The notes beneath the pieces are model-generated. The model was given only the letters and a program-made list of their open reading frames with translations, was not told where the DNA came from and searched no databases. From Guillardia theta CCMP2712 (taxonomy: Eukaryota; Protista; Cryptophyta): 37,912 nucleotides of DNA. The DNA is taken from the NCBI RefSeq assembly GCF_000315625.1, contig NW_005434588.1:288133-326044 (forward strand), in the 5' to 3' direction. Positions 32,498 through 37,912 of the stretch are shown here, in pieces. A program made the translations under genes and the position numbers. Positions within the stretch are counted from its first letter, which is position 1, and each line of letters opens with the position of its first letter.

Positions 32498-35400
32498 ATG
32501 GCGGGAGCGGGGGCAAGCGGCTTGGGCGGGAGATGCTGAGGGACGGCGGAGGGAGTTGGACAGCAGGACGCGGAGCAGAGCGACACGGTTGAGATAGACG
32601 AGCAAGCATGGCGAAGCTTGAAGTACACATGAGTGCTGATCCACAGCTCAGGGACAAGACGTTTCACCTTTCGCAGGCAAGTCGATTGCGATGATGTAGA
32701 AGCTTCGAGAAGTTTGACGACTCTCAGAACGACATGGTGTTTGGTCGAGATCCCTCTTGCGATGTCAAGCTCTTCTGGGATGGCGCGTCGAGAAAGCATT
32801 TCTCGATCCGCGGTCTCAGGCAATTCCTACATGAAAGTGGAAAACACTCTTAACTGTTCAGGATAGATGCGATGGGACAGGTATACCCACAGAATGGCGA
32901 GTGGTAGACGAAGCGAACAGCTCCAACAATGGTGTTTTTGTGAACAGCATTCGTGTCCGCGAAGCCATTCTGAAGGTGTATGACATGCGCAAATCGGATG
33001 GTTCGATTCACTTTGTTTGTAGGATGGGGATCTTGTCGGTTTGGGGAAAGGAAGGTGGTCGATGCTTTCCCCGAAAGTTCCCCATGATGTGTGAGCAGAG
33101 ATGTTGCGTTCGGATCAAAGATCTCATCCAGAAATCTTGAGTACCTGTTCTGCTTGAGAACCAAGGTTTCCAACCTCCTTCGCGCTCTTGTGCGTAACGG
33201 GCAGAAAATCAGGCGGACCGTGCCCCTCATCAGAATCGTCTGCAGACAGGTGAAGCATGAGGAGGAGGAGGTGCCATGTGAGTGAAGTTGGACGAGTAGA
33301 TCTCGCGTCCAAGGGTGCTCACCGACAGGTTTCCTAACTCCTTGCGGTCACTGGTGGCTCGATATCAGCCCTGATCCTACGAGCAGCTCCGAGGAGCGGC
33401 GAGGCATCCTCTGCATGGACACATCGTGGCTGGTGAACTGAAGGTGGGAGGAGGAGGAGGAGGAGGAGGAGGATCCTTAACCGTGCGGCAGGAGAGGAAG
33501 GAGATACGTAACGAGGGTCCTGCGGGGCAGACCTACCATCCTTGCAAAGTTAGCGATCGATAAATTATGTCATCAGCAAGCTAACTCTGACCTCAGGCAA
33601 GGGTCTACCCGCAATCGTGGTGGAGAGCCTCGGCCGTAAGTCGTTCTGACGTGAAAGATGCTGAGTGATGGCCTGGTTGAGAAGTCCGATAGCGCGCCGA
33701 CTCCTTGCGAGCTACAGCTCCAGTACGTCTACGGTCAGCCCCGGAGGCCTGCATCGGTAGATTCTGACGTGATTGTGAAGGGATAAGATCTTTCGACACG
33801 AGGGACATCGTTCACTACCTTGACAGCAATCACATCGTGTATCCGGTAGTGCTCGGCGCTTGTGAAAGACCAGGTCACACCCTCCCGGCCTGACCCTGTC
33901 TGACCCCAGGCTGCTTCGCTGGTGGTAATTTACGACATCGGTAACAGCATGTTCTGGGAGGAGCGAAGTTCTGACCGGTCCCAGCCCATCACACCCAACA
34001 GTTCTTCGACGAGCACGACGATGACGTCATCAGCATAGCTATACATCCCAGCAAGGTGAGGGCAAGAAAGTTCAATCCTCTGCTTGTCCCTTTGATCGGG
34101 TTGTCCTAGAAATACATCGCATCTGGGCAGGTCGCGTCTCTAAGGCGTCGCACGAGCGAAGGTCGGCCATGTGCGTCTGTTCTGGTATGGAACGCCTCGA
34201 CGCTAAAGAGGAACAACCGTCCGGTGGAGGAGGTAGAGGCGCGATGGTGCAGGGAGGATGTTGGAAGTTTGACGCTGGCGTACTCAAGGGAGGATGGAAG
34301 AGCAGAGGTGTACTGGCGCGGGACCTCCAGCACAGGATTCATTCCCTGGACTTCGATCGCTCTGGCAGGAACTTGGTACCTGCGCAAGACGAAAGTTGGC
34401 AAGACGGCTGACCATAAGAGTGTGTTGTTCGCTGCTTGCCAGGTTGTCTTCGGGGGAAAGAGCGACGCAAGTGCTATGATCGTCGTGTACGAGTGGGAGA
34501 CAGGCAGGACGCTCTGGCAGGTGTTGCCTTCATGTCCCTTGCGATGAACCCGTCGCTGACGTGTGACCGTTGCGATCAAGCTAACGGCTGCAACAAACCT
34601 TGTCACCTCTGTCAAGCACAACCCCGTCATCCCAACGCAGTTTGTTCAGTGTGGGGACCGAGGAGTGAGATACTGGGACTATGCGGTCGGGCGTTCCATC
34701 TGCCCACCTTAGGGTCTAACGGCTGCAACAGACCGCTGCCAGCAACCCGGAGGCTGCCTCCAAGAGCGCCTCCTACCTCAAGGTCCAACTACTCCCCAGC
34801 TACCTCCCGACAGGCCATTTGACACCCTCCGTCTCCAGCTGACCCGCAAACCCTGTCAAGGGAACTGTGTGGCGTTCACGGATGACGGGCAGGCTGCGAT
34901 TGTTGGGATGCAGAACGGGATGATAATCTTCTTTGGGAATAAGGTAATTTCATCCCTCGCCCTCTAATATTTCAATTCTTCCCTACGGATGGGTCGAAAT
35001 TTCCTCACTCGCCCCTTGGAACGACTTGAAATTCTTCATGCTCCCTGCTCGCAGTGAACTTGATCGTCAGGGGACGGAGATCGTCGGGCTGGAGCACATC
35101 AAAGATGCTCACGACGGAGCGGTGCTCCTCCGCCCTCCCCTTCATCCCTCACCCTCCTCCTCTGCTCCAGGTCCTCTGCCTCCTGGTCTGCGATGGCCTG
35201 CTGGTCAGCTCAGGACAGGATGCATACATCAAGGTCGACCAGCAGCAGCCGTTCTCTTTCCTGAAGCTTCCCATGCCTGACAGGTCTGGGAGTTCCAGTG
35301 GGCAGGAGATCATCTGGTGAAGCCTGCCAGGCTGATCAGACAGGTGCCGCCTGCTGCCTCCTCCCGACACTCATGATCGTTGTCAGGTCTCCGTCCGGGG

Positions 35401-37047
35401 ATACTCGACCAAGGTGCATGAGTCGGTAGCGTCTGTGACGAGCATGGACTACATGGAGGTCAGGGAGGGAGCGAGCGACGGAGGGAGGGAAGGAAGGAGA
35501 GGAGGAGGAAGGGACGGAGGAGCGTCAAGGAGCGGATAAGGGTGGGAGAGGGAGCGAGAGAAGGAGGGGAGGTGGGACAGAAGGGAGCGTCGAGGAGCGG
35601 GTCAACGGGGGAAGGGGACGGAGGAAGAGACTTGACGGCTCAGTGCAGGGGAAACTTCTGTGTGCGACCAACACACACTACGTCCTTCAGATCTCACTGG
35701 ATCAGATGGAGCTCACTGACCACCGCGCTGCCTTCCATCGGAGTGTCTTGACTGTCCTGAACTTNNNNNNNNNNNNNNNNNNNNNNNNNNNNNNNNNNNN
35801 NNNNNNNNNNNNNNNNNNNNNNNNNNNNNNNNNNNNNNNNNNNNNNNNNNNNNNNNNNNNNNNNTTACCCCCCTCAGATCAGAAGCTGGCACGAGGTCAG
35901 ACAGGCGCGCAGCATTTCATGAGGCCCCATGTGTCCATCCGATCTACCGCTGACAAGCAGGCTGATTCGACTCAAAGGTCGCGACTGAGGCCTTCGATGG
36001 CAGCAGAGTACTACATTCCCAGTGTTACGTCAACACAGAGGTCTGGAGAACATCCTGCAGCTCAGCTTCTTCAGGAATAGTAAGGATCATGGTCCTCCTC
36101 ATGAATCATCCTCTTCTCTCTTTTTTTCTTCCTCCTCTTCCAAATCCCCGTCCCTTTTTCCTCTTCTTCGGGATCCCTTTCTTCTCCACTTATCCACAAA
36201 GTATCCTCCATCCTCCTTTTGCTCCTATCCTCCTCCTCCTGCACTCCTCCACCTTTCCTGTTCTTCCAACTCCCTCCTCGTTCCTCGTTCGTCTTCCTCT
36301 ACCGCTTCTCCCCCCCCCCACGTGACTCTCCTCCCCTTCTAGGCAAGAAACTCCTACAACCCCGGAGGAGTTGGAGAGCCTGCAAGACAACCCTGGGCTC
36401 TCTCAGGAGGTGATGGTCCCATGTGCTTCTGCCCCAGCTGACCTCCACCTGATAGTCTGCGCATTTCCTTTGGAGCAGAGCGAGGTTCAACGGCTCCTCC
36501 TGCTCCCCTTGCTACTCCTTCCTTCTTTCCTGCCTGCCTGCCTGCCTTCCTTCCTCGTCGTCGTCGTCGTCGACCTGGCATGACATGAAACTGGCAGTTC
36601 ATCTGCACGTGTGGAGACGACTGCACTTTGCGGATCTGGAACACAAACATCCGGTGGGTGAGGAGGTAGCGGAGGGAGCAGCAGCGTCATCGACGCGTAT
36701 GCAGGAACCTCCACAGACTTGAGAACGGGAGGATAGCGGTCGCCGACATGGGCATCCCTGGTGACAAGGGACAAGGAGGTTTTCGATCCCACAGTCTCAA
36801 GTCCTGTCAGGCGTCTGCTGCGACGTCTCGTCCGACGGCAGGCTCGTCGCCGTCGGTGAAGCATGCTCCCTCGTCCTCGTTGGGTCGTGAGTTTGACTTG
36901 ACTGCAAGGTCACCGGGGAGGACAGTTCACCGTGTGGGACTCGTCGACGGTCTCCATGCTCTCTCCCTCCCCCTCATCCTCCCATCAACACTTTCCCTGC
37001 TTGTCGTTCCCCTCCCTCCTCCCCCCTCCTCCTCCTCTTCCTCTTCC

Positions 37048-37138
<91 letters not shown>

Positions 37139-37302
37139 GCATGACGGACGGATGGTGCAGATGTTGTGCGTGCTTGAGCATGCAAGAAGCAATCGCTACA
37201 TCACCATAATCAAGTTCTCGCCAGACTGCAGGTGAACCCACGATTGGAGGACTTGGAGGGAAATAGAGGACTGACTGGCTACTACTGCTACTACACAACT
37301 GT

Positions 37303-37333
<31 letters not shown>

Positions 37334-37432
37334 ACTGAATTGCTGCTACTACACAACTACTTCTAATCCCTACTACTGGTGGTGGTACTGAACTGCTACT
37401 AATACTACTGGTGGTGGTGGTGTTGGTACTAT

Positions 37433-37514
<82 letters not shown>

Positions 37515-37912
37515 ACCACGGCTGCTGCTACTACTGACTCCAGGTACCTCCTGGTCGGGTCAAGAGAGGCCTCGCTGGTGATGTACGACGTGCGGTACAA
37601 CTACAAGAAGGTCTCGGAGAACTCCTCAGCACACACCTCCGTCATCCTCTCCGCCGATTTCTCAACGGATGTCAAGTTGATTCTCCCTCTCCTCCTGCCA
37701 AGTCAAGTCGGTGACCCTGAGACGTCCAGGTACCTCAGGAGCGCCGATGCCGACGGCAACCTGATCTACCTAAGTGTCCCCGAGCTCAAGTCCAGCAGGC
37801 TCTCAGCTTTCGACCTGAGGGATCAGGCTTGGTTCACGCATGACTGTCACTTCGGATGGGACAAGCAGGGGTCAGAAAACCTCTCCTCCTCTCCTCTGAG
37901 GAGTACTGGGAA
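32498..37912 (+). CDS. EMAP/EML-like (HELP + WD40) protein with N-terminal FHA domain; many exons, spans a gap, truncated by the window end
   Basis: FHA: VFGRDPSCDV..SRKHFSI and SSNNGVFVN. HELP/WD: LQYVYG, DIVHYLDSNHIVYP, FFDEHDDDVISIAIHPS, IASGQV. Propeller end: YLLVGSREASLVMYDV..HTSVILSADFSTD and DQAWFTHDCHFGWDKQG. Confidence 0.85.
35765..35864. other. Assembly gap (100 N)
   Basis: Run of N. Confidence 1.
37048..37513. repeat. Intronic microsatellites (TCA)n 37048-37136, (CTA/CTG)n and (TGCTCC)n 37432-37513
   Basis: Perfect runs between EML exons. Confidence 0.9.

Noticed and set aside
36927-37298. Poly-His/Asp/Met/Ser ORFs
   Set aside because: Frames of an intronic (TCA)n microsatellite.

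Overview
Eukaryotic nuclear DNA from an intron-rich alga with a complex red-derived plastid, most likely a cryptophyte of the Guillardia/Hanusia type. This is inferred from 44-55 nt introns, signal peptide + 'AF' bipartite presequences, Zn2Cys6 genes and GCAGGA-type microsatellites. Genes spliced or recognised by hand: a signal-peptide-bearing 2-Cys peroxiredoxin, a 31-aa-repeat glycoprotein, two tandem Zn(II)2Cys6 genes, a 6-exon microprotein, a His-tailed membrane protein, a possible iGluR-like membrane protein, two tail-to-tail glutamyl-tRNA reductase (hemA) genes forming a 1.19-kb inverted repeat, a GYG/CNBD-type channel with a C2 domain nested in a calmodulin-like lobe, and an FHA-EML (HELP/WD40) gene running off the right edge. 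The most unusual signal is intergenic. There are recurrent blocks built from short odd-length palindromes. Comparing the two copies of the Zn-cluster duplication shows one copy carrying many extra short (often 8-nt) inverted-copy insertions, plus fragments of a dispersed ~60-nt motif. This suggests hotspots of repeated hairpin-mediated break repair, such as transposon excision footprints, often upstream of genes. A second intergenic 'dialect' rich in TACCC/CACCC alternates with it. Two 100-N assembly gaps are present. No RNA genes or CRISPR arrays were recognised. All exon models are manual and unverified by transcripts.
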